Of a stretch of DNA of 64,000 nt, positions 10,139-19,298 are shown piece by piece. The position numbers and the translations under genes were made by a program. Under the pieces are notes generated by a model. It did no database searches, was not told the origin of the DNA, and was given only the letters and a program-made list of their open reading frames with translations. Location: positions 680,857-744,856 of the forward strand of contig OY762959.1 in assembly GCA_963667205.1 (NCBI GenBank), written 5' to 3'. Positions within the stretch are counted from its first letter, which is position 1. Every line of letters begins with the position of its first letter. This DNA is from Dehalococcoidia bacterium (GTDB taxonomy: Bacteria > Chloroflexota > Dehalococcoidia > SM23-28-2 > RBG-16-64-32).

Positions 10139-10347
10139 CAGTCATCTCGGCCAGCGGAATGTGTGCCTGTCGAGCGAACGTTGGAGTGCGGATTCAGTCT
10201 TCACTTCGACGCTCTCGCCTTTTTCGGCCCGCCAAGGGTGTCACGGCGTCGAGGCGGCGTAAGGGGTTTGAGGCCGTCCCGGCACCCGATTTCGTACTCC
10301 TGATGGGCGCACGGCCTCGTACCTGAGCCACGAACGATCGGCTATGC

Positions 10348-10379
10348 GTCGTGTAACATCCCTGTCGTGTAACATTCCT
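10348..10379. promoter_or_regulatory. Tandem 16-nt direct repeat (GTCGTGTAACATCCCT / GTCGTGTAACATTCCT) in the AT-rich leader of the 10450 gene
   Basis: Two adjacent copies, 15/16 identical, about 70 nt upstream of the ATG at 10450. Looks like a direct-repeat operator or response-regulator site. Confidence 0.45.
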
Positions 10380-10449
10380 ACTAAGTACAAGGTTTACCAA
10401 ATAACGGGAGCACATCCCGCTTAAGCTGCCCACCGACAGTTTCCAAGAC

Positions 10450-12066
10450 ATGCCAGACAAGTTGATCGCCCGCCGTGGCCGACGAGGCGAGTGGATGTGG
10501 GACGCACACCCATCCGCCGCCTCACAGGACGCTGCCCTGGCGCAAGGTGCCCCTCCAGGCACCGGGCGCGGGTTTAGCTTCCCTCGGATTCGGCTGCCAG
10601 GCCTTTCACTGCCCCGTCTACGGCTGCCTTCGATTTCGCTGCCGACCCTGCGGCTGCCGAGTATCTCGCTCCCGCGGCCACGGCCAACTCAGCCCGTCGC
10701 GAGGCCGCGCACGCATCCGGCCCGGCCGCAGACGCGCAGATTTTCACCATCTCAGTTCAGTCTGCCCAGCGTCAGACTGCCATCGGTCAGGTTGCCGCGG
10801 ATGAGGCTGCCCCACCTGCGGTTGCCTACGATCACGCGGCCCCATCTCAAGATGCCAACGGCGCCGCGGACTCCTTCGCTCACACTGCCCCGACTGCCGC
10901 AACGAAAACGACCGAGTTTCAGCCTTCCCAGCATCGATGTAGGATCACGCTTTCCGGCGCTCGGCCGCTTCGCCAGCCGCGTCACATCTCGCGACTTCTG
11001 GACACTGCGGCGCGTAGACGAGGCCGGCCAAGAGCGCGACTACACTCGCTTCGCCGTCGTCCTGGCCGGCCTCTCACTCGTGGCGCTGGCGGCAACCGCG
11101 GTAATCGTCCTCGCCTCGCTCGTCTCCGGAGGCAGCTCCGAAGGGCCCGGCGGACCATTTAGCATCTCGCCGACGACATCGTCGCCGGCCGACACGCCCG
11201 CGCCCAGCGGCCCGACCGAGGCGGTGTGGATCGACGCGCAAATGCTGGAGGACGATCCGCTGGCAGCGGCGACGATCCTCCGGAACACGGCCCTGGCGAC
11301 CGGCGCCACTGAGTTCGTTGCGGCGGCCAATCACATCAGGCAGGCCAGCGTCCTCGGGCGCGCGCTGAACGAGGACTTCCTTTGCCCGCTCCTGGACCAC
11401 TTCAACGTCGACTACGCATCCGGGCCGGCCGGTGCGCCTGCCTGCGGCGGCGCGATCGTACAGCCGCCGCCGGACATCGACGTCTCGCTGGGGCTCTGGG
11501 CGAACGATCTGAGCGCCTGGGAGTTCGATGGGCTGCCGGAAGGCGCCGCCAGCTACAACGAAGGCGACGAAGCTCCGTTCATCCTCAGCTGGGCGGCCGA
11601 GCCGGACGAAGAGTACACCATCGCGATCACGTACGCCTGCCGCGCCGGCGGAGTGCCCGCCATCGACTTCATATCCGGCGTGCCGGCGGCCGACGCGGAG
11701 ATCTTCGCGGCCAACGGCGGCCCAGGCGAAAAGCTACCGGGCGCCGCCGTGCCGTTGCTCAACACGCCCGACCTTGACGTTCGCGAGGGCGGCATCCCTC
11801 TCCTCTACCTTTACGGAGGACACTTCCTCCTGCTGCCTCAGGGCCCCGGTCCGGCGGCCGAGTGTGAGGATGAGCAGACGATCACTGTTCCCGTCCAGGC
11901 CGATGCCGATGAGATAGTCCTGATGGGCAGCGTCAAGCTTGCCGACGCCGACGACCACGACGGCCAGGGGGCCTCAGATGCCACCGCCAGCATCAGTCTG
12001 AGCGCCTCGGTCAGCTCTGTGGGCACGGCTACTGCCGCGTTCGAGCCGGGCGTCATCGCCCCCTGA
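10450..12066 (+). CDS. Single-pass membrane protein with N-terminal array of about 17 LPxx(R/S) pentapeptide repeats and roughly 310-aa extracytoplasmic domain
   Basis: Residues about 45-160 read LPGLS LPRLR LPSIS LPTLR LPSIS LPRPR ... LPSVR LPSVR LPRMR LPHLR LPTIT, matching a 15-nt DNA periodicity. One TM follows (FAVVLAGLSLVALAATAVIVLASLV). The C-terminal domain has no recognisable family. Confidence 0.6.
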   Translation: MPDKLIARRGRRGEWMWDAHPSAASQDAALAQGAPPGTGRGFSFPRIRLPGLSLPRLRLPSISLPTLRLPSISLPRPRPTQPVARPRTHPARPQTRRFSPSQFSLPSVRLPSVRLPRMRLPHLRLPTITRPHLKMPTAPRTPSLTLPRLPQRKRPSFSLPSIDVGSRFPALGRFASRVTSRDFWTLRRVDEAGQERDYTRFAVVLAGLSLVALAATAVIVLASLVSGGSSEGPGGPFSISPTTSSPADTPAPSGPTEAVWIDAQMLEDDPLAAATILRNTALATGATEFVAAANHIRQASVLGRALNEDFLCPLLDHFNVDYASGPAGAPACGGAIVQPPPDIDVSLGLWANDLSAWEFDGLPEGAASYNEGDEAPFILSWAAEPDEEYTIAITYACRAGGVPAIDFISGVPAADAEIFAANGGPGEKLPGAAVPLLNTPDLDVREGGIPLLYLYGGHFLLLPQGPGPAAECEDEQTITVPVQADADEIVLMGSVKLADADDHDGQGASDATASISLSASVSSVGTATAAFEPGVIAP

Positions 12067-12304
12067 TCGACAGACCAGCGGCAGACCCGCGTTCCCTGAT
12101 GCTGGTGGACCGCCTTCAGGGAGCGGCATTCTCCATGGGCTGGGCTGACCGCGCCAGCCGATGTTGGCCAGCGCCGCGACGCCACGGCCAGAGATGTATC
12201 CGCCACTAGACTCGCGTTGACGGTCGCAGTCCTGTCGCGCACAGCAACTGATGACCAGAAGGCGCAGGATGAAGAAGAGCCAGATGCGACGACTTACGAT
12301 GGCC

Positions 12305-12400
12305 GAATGTACCGACCGTCGAAAGAGCTCTTCGAGCTACAGGCTGCGCGGCGGGGCTCGTTCAGGCGACGGAGTATGATGGCACTAGGATGACGGCGTC
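12305..12400 (+). repeat. Degenerate partial copy of the 3' end of the 13850..14801 gene
   Basis: 12305-12400 (ATGTACCGACCGTCGAAAGAGCTCTTCGAGCTACAGGCTGCGCGGCGGG...GATGGCACTAGGATGA) aligns with 14700-14801 (ATGTATCGAACGTTGAAGGAGCTCCAGGGGCTACAGGCTGCCCGGCGGA...GATGGCACTAGAATGA). Confidence 0.5.
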
Positions 12401-12488
12401 TTCTCGCTCACTCACATGGTTCTCGGCTGCGGAACGAGCCGGGCCAGCCAGCGGTTGTTGGGCCATCTGCAAGGCAGCGTCCGGTGGC

Positions 12489-12580
12489 GCCACTCTCCGG
12501 ATCGACCGGCACGCCGTCTATCAGGTCGAGGAACCAGCGCCGCTCATTGAACTGGGCGTTGTCGCCGGCGCTGCCACCGT
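12489..12580 (-). pseudogene. Internal fragment of a paralog of the 14944..16608 phosphoesterase gene
   Basis: About 85% nucleotide identity to 16090-16181. Encodes ..ALRIDRHAVYQVEEPAPLIELGVV.. vs ..ALRIDRDAVHQVDEPAQLVELGVV.. (both read as antisense in the ORF track). No intact ORF. Confidence 0.5.
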
Positions 12581-12678
12581 ACGGACGCGCCGCCCTCTAG
12601 AGGGGGCCAAACGGCGAATGGCGCACGGAAAAGCCACCGTGCCGGAATCCAGCGCGCGCGGCCGTTCGTGACGTTCCT

Positions 12679-13317
12679 ATGATTCGATCCAGGAAGCCAA
12701 CGACACTCACTCCCATCACCACCGCGATCTTCGTCCTCGCCGCCATCGCGGCGCTGGCCGTTCTCTCCATCGGCGGAGGCGAAGCAGAGGCCGGTATCAC
12801 TCACACCGTTTTCGTCAACAACGACCGCTTCTGCGACAGCGCGGGCTCCGATTGTTCGCAACCGCACTCGATCCAGATCAGCGCTGGGAACACGGTCCAG
12901 TGGCTCGACGGCCAGAGCGGCGGCACCCACACCGTGACGCAGTGTACCGGCGACGGCACAGGATGCCCCGCTGGCGGCGGCTTCGATAGCGGCGTCAAGA
13001 GCGATCCGAAGGCCGGCTACCTCGCACACGTTTTCCCGGACGAAGGCACGTTCTTCTTCCGCTGCCAGATCCATGGCAACTCGATGCGTGGGATAGTGAT
13101 GGTTATCGGCCCGGCAACGGACACGCCGACTCCTGTACCGGGGACACCAACAGATTCGCCCGGCGATGATTCGCCAACGGCCACTCCGGCAGACGTCCCA
13201 AAGACCGGCGGCGAACCGGGGTCGGGCGGCTTGCCGCTGATATTGGTCGTCCTGGCGTTGGGTGGCGCTTTGGCGGTGGCCGGCTCCAGTGCGCTCTACG
13301 CCGCTCGGCGACGCTAG
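12679..13317 (+). CDS. Cupredoxin (type-1 copper, plastocyanin/azurin-like) with C-terminal LPXTG-like sorting signal
   Basis: Signal/TM, then cupredoxin ligand pattern H..C-Q-I-H-G-N-S-M (FRCQIHGNSMRGIV). P/T-rich linker. VPKTGG followed by a hydrophobic stretch (LPLILVVLALGGALAVAG) and an RRR tail. Confidence 0.75.
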   Translation: MIRSRKPTTLTPITTAIFVLAAIAALAVLSIGGGEAEAGITHTVFVNNDRFCDSAGSDCSQPHSIQISAGNTVQWLDGQSGGTHTVTQCTGDGTGCPAGGGFDSGVKSDPKAGYLAHVFPDEGTFFFRCQIHGNSMRGIVMVIGPATDTPTPVPGTPTDSPGDDSPTATPADVPKTGGEPGSGGLPLILVVLALGGALAVAGSSALYAARRR

Positions 13318-13455
13318 TCGGCCGCACTTCCTCCTGACACGGCCAGGATTCCTGGAAAGCAGACGCGCTGGCACCTTCCCGATGATGCGCCGGCGCGAGG
13401 GCACGTGGCCAGACGACGAACGCACGCTAAGCCGGGGCCGCAACTTTCTCGCGGG

Positions 13456-13605
13456 GCGCCGCCTTGGTTAGCAGCTCTCGGTGGGCGGCGTCAGCTCGAA
13501 TAGGTCGAAGGGCGCCGGGACAAGGAGCTCAGCATCGCGGTCGCTCGGGAGAGGCCCGGCCCCGCCGGGTCCAGGTACGGCTCGCGAAAGGCGAGCTGAC
13601 GGGCG
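13456..13605 (-). pseudogene. 3'-terminal fragment (last ~50 codons plus TAA) of a phosphoesterase paralog
   Basis: 13468-13605 is about 88% identical to 14953-15090, the 3' end of the intact gene. Encodes ...FDLFELTPPTESC* vs ...FDLFELPPPTESR*. No upstream ORF continuity. Confidence 0.55.
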
Positions 13606-13849
13606 ACGCCGGCGTGCCAGCGACTACCGAGGCTCTGCGATGACAACGACAGGCAGTTTCTGCTCAACACTCCACTTCAGCGGTCTTCCCATGCCGACGT
13701 CCTTTCGTCACGACCAGACCACCTCGAATCGACCGACTGGCTGAGATTCGACGGCTATTGCCGATACTAAAGGTAGGCCAAATGGCCAAGAAGCTACTCG
13801 GGCGTTCCGAGCGCGGCCTGTCCTACTCATATTTAGAAAGGCGGACGAA

Positions 13850-14801
13850 ATGGTATCGGATCGTAAACTCAAGGCCAATCGTCGTAACGCAAAGCGTTCG
13901 ACCGGACCCAAGAATTCAACGCGCAGCAGGTACAACGCCCGGCAGCATTGCATCCTATCGAGGGCGGCTATCATCGAGGATGGCGACGCAAAGGAGGACC
14001 CACGCGAGCTGGAATCTCTCCTGGAGGCGCTCTGGAAGGACCGCGAGCCCGTGGGTGCGATGGAGGAGTTCCCTGGTGGATCGCATTGCCTCCTGTCAGT
14101 GGCGCCTGCGTCGGGCTCAGCTAGCCGAAGTGGGCGAGATCAGGCGGGTCGCCGACAGCGCCGTGATGGACGCTCTGGACTCTACCGTTGACAGATACGA
14201 ATTATCGATGGAGAAAAAGGAGATGGGCCCCCCTTCCGTCGTTGGCGGAAGCAGCGAGCGCGAATTGGCCAAGACCACTCATGGGATCGCCCACATCCAG
14301 ATTGTCCTTGATCGCATGAGCGGCTTGGTCGAAGATCAAGGAACCCTCACCAAGAATCAACTAACTGTAGTGGCCACTATCTACGGCCGTCGGGTAGGCG
14401 GCTTCGCAGTCTTCCTCTCAAACATCGCGGCCATGTCAACGCGTGGCCTGCAGGCGAAGGACGACGAGGAGCCGGACGGCAAGGAGCCAGATACACGCCG
14501 TGACATTCTTTCGCCAGGAGTCGGCAACGAGCTCCTCCTGGCCTGGATCGACGCGGAAATCGCGAGGCTAAGGAACGAAGCTGGCTTAGTGATCGAGAGG
14601 GAGGGGCTCGAACTGCACGCCACGGTACTGTCGCGGCAGCTTCCCAGTGACAAGGTCCTTGAAAAGATCGGCAGGTACGAGACAACGATTGAGCGCCAGA
14701 TGTATCGAACGTTGAAGGAGCTCCAGGGGCTACAGGCTGCCCGGCGGACGTTCGACTCGCTTGGGCGCTTCGGACAACGGAGTGTGATGGCACTAGAATG
14801 A
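13850..14801 (+). CDS. Hypothetical protein, low-GC (foreign-looking), with +1 frameshift near 14068
   Basis: MVSDRKLKANRRNAKRSTGPKN...MEEF (frame of 13850) continues as LVDRIASCQWRLRRAQ... (frame of 13758). There is an extra C in TTCCCTGG. GC is clearly below the local mean. No recognisable domain. Confidence 0.45.
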
Positions 14802-14943
14802 CGGCAAGACCTCAAAGGGCGGGCCAAGCGGCCCGTCCTTCTTCTTCATGCGCGCTCCCCTGCCGTAGCGCACATATGTTCGTCTCGTCACACAAAGCGT
14901 TTCTGCGAAACGAAGCCACCACAGCGTCGTCTAGCTGCTGACT

Positions 14944-16608
14944 CTAGCGGGACTCGGTGGGCGGTGGCAGCTCGAACAGGTCGAAGGGCGCCGGGACTAG
15001 GAGCTCAGCGTTGCGGTCGCTCAGCGAGAGGCCCGGCCCAGCCGGGTCCAACTGCGGATCACGGAAGGCGAGCTGACGAGCGACGCCGGCGAGGAGCCGC
15101 TGGTTGAGCCCGTCCTCCGGCGTCCCGTCCTCGGCGTCGCCGGGGTTCACCGTCGTCGCCAGGCCGTACATCGTCGTGAAGATGGAGAGCGTGCCGTCGC
15201 GGTTGTCGACGATCTCCAGCAGGCGGCCCTGCATCGGGAAGTCGAGGGCGCCGGCCGTCGTCACTTCCCAGTAGCCGCCACCGGCAGCGGCGGGCCTGGC
15301 CGAAATGCTGTTGCGCCCGGTGTGGCCGGAGAGCCAGAGGACCACGTTCGGAAAGCGGCCGACGAGATCCTCCACCTCCCCACGGAGGGTGCGAGGCTCG
15401 CCGTCGGTGCCGGGATACGGGTTCGTCATGACGGCGGACGGGTGGTGGCTAACGATCACCATCAGGCGATCGGCGTTTTCCGTCGTGACGAACTGGCCGC
15501 CGCCGTCGGCGTAGCTGCTGCTGTGAGCGGTCAGCCGTTCTTCCAGCCAGTCGTATTGCGCCTGGTCGAGGCTGCCGGAGGGGAAGCCGGACGGATTGGC
15601 CGAGTCGAGAACGATGAAGACGACGCCGTTCTCCTCGAAGGTATAGTGGGCACGGCCCTCATTCGCCCCCTGTATCGAGAAGCCATGCCCCAGCGGTCCC
15701 GGGCCTGTGTTCGGCGGCGGGAGGTGCTCGCGGATCCAGTCGGAGTGCGAGATCAGGCGTCGGTTCTTGTCGGCGCCCACGCCGCGGATTATCGTCCCCG
15801 GGTCGTTCAGGAGCTCGGCAGAAGGCCCGGGCCCGAATATTGAGCCGCTGTCGCAGACCTCTGCGAGGGCGGCGGGGCCGAGCGCGAATATCTTCTGCGC
15901 TCCGGTGGCGACCTCGGCGGCACGCTCGGTGAGCGGAAAGTTGCCCTGGCTGAGGGCGTCGTGGTTGCCGGCTACGGCGTACCAGGGGTAGTTGATCCCC
16001 TCCGGGATGAACGCCTCCTGGGCCAGCGTCAGCAGGTCTGCATAGGCCTTTGCCGGCGACTCCGTCTGCACGCCCTCGTAACCGACGGCGCCGCTCTCCG
16101 GATCGACCGGGACGCCGTCCATCAGGTCGATGAACCAGCGCAGCTCGTTGAACTGGGCGTTGTCGGCGGCGCTGCCGGTGTGGATCGCGAAGTCAACGGG
16201 GGCGCGGGTGACGGGACTGCGATCGACGACGTTGGCCTGGGCGATGAGCGCTTCGGCGACGTGCAGACTGAGTGACTCCTGCGACCGGAAGGACTTATCA
16301 TTGACGGCGGAGTTGCAGGCTTCGAGCCATTCGCTCCGCAGAGGCGATTCTTCATCGACGATGCCAAAGTCGGAGAGCTGGTGGAAGACAACGAGCAAAA
16401 GACGACGGTCCCGGCGGTCGCTCTGGGCCTGCGCAAGCTCCGTGCGGACCGTGTACGGCTCGCCCTCAGCGACGACGAGGTTCCCCTCGCTGTCCACGCC
16501 CAGCGTCTGAGTGAGCGTCGTCCCGGAAGGCGGTGGCTCGTCGCTCTTGCACGCGGCGGCGAGCGCGAGGAGAGCGAGGAGCGCGGCGCACACGAAGAGT
16601 CGGTGCAT
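14944..16608 (-). CDS. Calcineurin-like metallophosphoesterase lipoprotein
   Basis: ATG at 16608 gives MHRLFVCAALLALLALAAACKS (lipobox). GNHD metallophosphoesterase motif (YAVAGNHDAL). About 555 aa. Confidence 0.75.
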   Translation of the reverse strand: MHRLFVCAALLALLALAAACKSDEPPPSGTTLTQTLGVDSEGNLVVAEGEPYTVRTELAQAQSDRRDRRLLLVVFHQLSDFGIVDEESPLRSEWLEACNSAVNDKSFRSQESLSLHVAEALIAQANVVDRSPVTRAPVDFAIHTGSAADNAQFNELRWFIDLMDGVPVDPESGAVGYEGVQTESPAKAYADLLTLAQEAFIPEGINYPWYAVAGNHDALSQGNFPLTERAAEVATGAQKIFALGPAALAEVCDSGSIFGPGPSAELLNDPGTIIRGVGADKNRRLISHSDWIREHLPPPNTGPGPLGHGFSIQGANEGRAHYTFEENGVVFIVLDSANPSGFPSGSLDQAQYDWLEERLTAHSSSYADGGGQFVTTENADRLMVIVSHHPSAVMTNPYPGTDGEPRTLRGEVEDLVGRFPNVVLWLSGHTGRNSISARPAAAGGGYWEVTTAGALDFPMQGRLLEIVDNRDGTLSIFTTMYGLATTVNPGDAEDGTPEDGLNQRLLAGVARQLAFRDPQLDPAGPGLSLSDRNAELLVPAPFDLFELPPPTESR

Positions 16609-16688
16609 GATCATTCTGAATACTAAACGCTTGACACGCCGCCATGGGCGCAATAGGCTGGCAGCCAGTTGAACCAGGAGGATACGTT

Positions 16689-17210
16689 ATGTCGACTGTC
16701 GATTTCATCCGCGGTAGCCTCAAGCAGCTCCATCGCTCGTACGACGAGGCGATCGCCGACCTCTCACCCGAGCAGCTGCACTGGCGCGCCAACGACCACG
16801 GCCACCCGATCTCGTTCGTGCTATGGCATTACGTGCGCACGGAGGACAACATCATCCAGTTCGTGCTACAGCGTAAGCCGACGGTCTGGATTGAAGGCGG
16901 CTGGTACGAGAAGCTCGCGCTCCACAGGACGGCGCAGGGGACGGGGATGAGCCTGGAGGACGCCCAGAACCTGAGGATCGACGCGCTGGACGACTGGCGG
17001 GGCTACCAGACGGCCGTCTGGGAGACGACGGACGCCTTTCTCGCCGCGGCCGACGACGCGATGTTGGAGCAGACGACGACCGTGAAGCCGCTGGGCGAGA
17101 TGCCGGTGCAGAACGCGATCGGCATGATGTGCCTGACGCACGGGTTCACGCACCTGGGAGAGGTGCAGCACGTCCGCGGCCTGGTGGGCCTGAAGGGGAT
17201 GGGCTGGTAG
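16689..17210 (+). CDS. DinB/YfiT-like (DinB_2) metal-dependent hydrolase family protein
   Basis: GGAGG 7 nt upstream of the ATG at 16689. LHWRANDHGHPISFVLWHY motif typical of the DinB superfamily. Confidence 0.6.
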   Translation: MSTVDFIRGSLKQLHRSYDEAIADLSPEQLHWRANDHGHPISFVLWHYVRTEDNIIQFVLQRKPTVWIEGGWYEKLALHRTAQGTGMSLEDAQNLRIDALDDWRGYQTAVWETTDAFLAAADDAMLEQTTTVKPLGEMPVQNAIGMMCLTHGFTHLGEVQHVRGLVGLKGMGW

Positions 17211-17558
17211 TCAGTCGCTGAGGCCGGCCTGCATGAAGATTCCGTTGTGGATGAAGAAGCTGCGGATCGTGTTGCCCAGCTTCTGCCGCTCACGAGCGTT
17301 GCCGCCCGAGGCCGCCTGAAACTCCGCGATCTTCTCGCTGGACTCGCGCCGGGCCTTGATGCGGATGCGCTTGCCGCTCTCGACTTCGCGCGTGCAGGCG
17401 GCGATTAGCGCATCGGGATCGACGCCGGCGAAGTCGCAGAAGCTTTCGAGGGCGCTCGTGCGCGCTGTCATGTCGGGCTCTTCGCCCCACTGCTCGCTGA
17501 GGCCGCTGCGCCAGGTCTGGACGGTGTCGTAGTCGGCGATCGGCTTGTCGAGGGCCAC
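17211..17558 (-). CDS. Hypothetical protein
   Basis: 115-aa ORF. GTG start overlaps the stop of the upstream gene by 1 nt. No recognisable domain. Confidence 0.4.
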   Translation of the reverse strand: MALDKPIADYDTVQTWRSGLSEQWGEEPDMTARTSALESFCDFAGVDPDALIAACTREVESGKRIRIKARRESSEKIAEFQAASGGNARERQKLGNTIRSFFIHNGIFMQAGLSD

Positions 17559-18343
17559 TACTCCGGCAGCCCTAGTTCCTCGGTCAGCTTCTTGATCTCG
17601 TCGCGGCGGCCGGGCAGCGGCGCCGGCGCCTGGATCATGTTCGCGGCCCTGAGCTTCTCCACCACAGCCTCATCGCGCTTGAACGGCTTTCCGTATTCGC
17701 CCTCGAAGTAGAGCTCCTCGAAGTCCGGGCGCGGGCGCTGTCCGCCGGCCTCCCAGGACTCCGCCGGGTAGCCGAGGAGCATCACCCACATCGAGATCCA
17801 GTCGTCGGGCACACCGAGGACCTTGCCCGTGAGCATTGGGTTCGGAGTGTTGAGGCAGGCGCCGAGGCCTTCGTCGAAAGCAGCGAGGAGCGCGTTCTGA
17901 GCGGCGCCGCCGGCGTCGGCGAAGGCAGCCGGCAGGTAGCTCTCCAGGTTGCGCGTCATCGGCTCGAGGATCTGCGGAAAGACGAAGTTGTCGACGAACT
18001 TGTGGCTCCACCCGTGCGACGGAGCGAGCGCGCCGACGTCCACCAGCTCCTTCAGCCGTGCTCCCTTGGTCCTGCCGACGATACCGAGGTCGACGAAGAA
18101 GTAGATGTGGACCGGCGCCAGGTCCAGCGCGAGGGCGGCCACGGGCGTCTTCAGCTGGTTGAGCTTCTCTTCGGGGATCTTGTCACGCTCGACGACGATG
18201 GCGCGCAACCAGTGGGCGTTGACGGCGCAGGACGCTAGGCGCGCCGTCTCCAGGATGGTCTGTATCTTCTCCCGCCCGACTGGTCGTTCGGGGTCAAAGA
18301 AGCGGATGGAGCGTCGCCGGCCGATGACTTCCTTGAATTCCAT
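17558..18343 (-). CDS. Nitroreductase-family protein
   Basis: ATG at 18343 (MEFKEVIGRRRSIRFF..), preceded by GGAGG. RRSIR motif and overall nitroreductase-like layout. Confidence 0.65.
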   Translation of the reverse strand: MEFKEVIGRRRSIRFFDPERPVGREKIQTILETARLASCAVNAHWLRAIVVERDKIPEEKLNQLKTPVAALALDLAPVHIYFFVDLGIVGRTKGARLKELVDVGALAPSHGWSHKFVDNFVFPQILEPMTRNLESYLPAAFADAGGAAQNALLAAFDEGLGACLNTPNPMLTGKVLGVPDDWISMWVMLLGYPAESWEAGGQRPRPDFEELYFEGEYGKPFKRDEAVVEKLRAANMIQAPAPLPGRRDEIKKLTEELGLPE

Positions 18344-18626
18344 GGGGGCCTCCGTACTCGGTATTGGTGCGTGATTCGTACTTGCGCGCAAGGGGCGCGA
18401 GGAGCCCATTATTAGGGTACCGAGTGTTGATAAGTCAACGCGCTAATAATAGAACGCCAATTCGCCATTATTCGATATAGAATGACTTGACTTCATTCAG
18501 ACTTCAGCCTAAACTGATCCTTAACCTGAAACTCCGCACAGAAGCTCGCAAGTCTCTCAACCAGATAGACCCGGGATTGGGTTTCAGAGGGAAAGCCGTC
18601 GTGCTAGAGCCCAAGGGGAGGGGTAC

Positions 18627-19223
18627 ATGCCACGGTCGACCTCTGTCGAGACCGACTTTAGCGCGCTCGTAGAGCGAGCGGCCCGGGGGGACCGGGAAGC
18701 GTTCGGGGAGATCTATGAGCAGCACGCCTTGCGTGTCTTCCGTCACGCCTATTTCCTTACGGGGGATCCGGTGCTTGCCGAAGACCTGACCGCGCAGACG
18801 TTCCTGAAGGCGCTGGAAGCGATCCCGCGCTACGAGCAGCGCGGCGTACCGTTCATCGCCTGGCTGTTGCGGATCGCCGGAAACCTGACGATCAACCACA
18901 AGAAGGCGCAGAAGAACGGTCACCACGCACAGCTCCCGGAGACGCTCGAGGACGAAGACCGCTTCGTGTCGCCGGAACGCTCCTGCGAGGCGAATAGCAA
19001 CGGCGAGCGGGTCTGGCGCTTCGTCAGCCAGCTCCCTCAAGAGCAGCGCCAGGTGGTTGTGATGCGATTCATCGACGATCTGCCGTATCCGGATGTCGCT
19101 CACGTGCTTGGCAAGAGTGTTGGCGCCGTGCGCGTCATCCAGTTCCGGGCTCTCGCCAGCCTCCGCCGCATTGTGCAGCAGGAGGATCTGGCACTGGCAT
19201 ACGCGGAAGCGCGCGCCGGCTAG
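18627..19223 (+). CDS. ECF-type RNA polymerase sigma-70 factor
   Basis: Region 2 (FGEIYEQHALRVFRHAYFLTGD..AEDLTAQTFLKA) and region 4 HTH (LPYPDVAHVLGKSVGAVRVIQFRALASLRR). No adjacent anti-sigma gene. Confidence 0.85.
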   Translation: MPRSTSVETDFSALVERAARGDREAFGEIYEQHALRVFRHAYFLTGDPVLAEDLTAQTFLKALEAIPRYEQRGVPFIAWLLRIAGNLTINHKKAQKNGHHAQLPETLEDEDRFVSPERSCEANSNGERVWRFVSQLPQEQRQVVVMRFIDDLPYPDVAHVLGKSVGAVRVIQFRALASLRRIVQQEDLALAYAEARAG

Positions 19224-19298
19224 CAGGGTTCTCGCGGCTGACGATCCGGGCCGCTATACTGGGGCCGAAACCGCCCGGATCCAAGGAGAGGGAACCCC

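Noticed and set aside
12544-13443. 299-aa minus-strand ORF
   Set aside because: Antisense to the cupredoxin gene, which has a clear copper-site motif and signal peptide.
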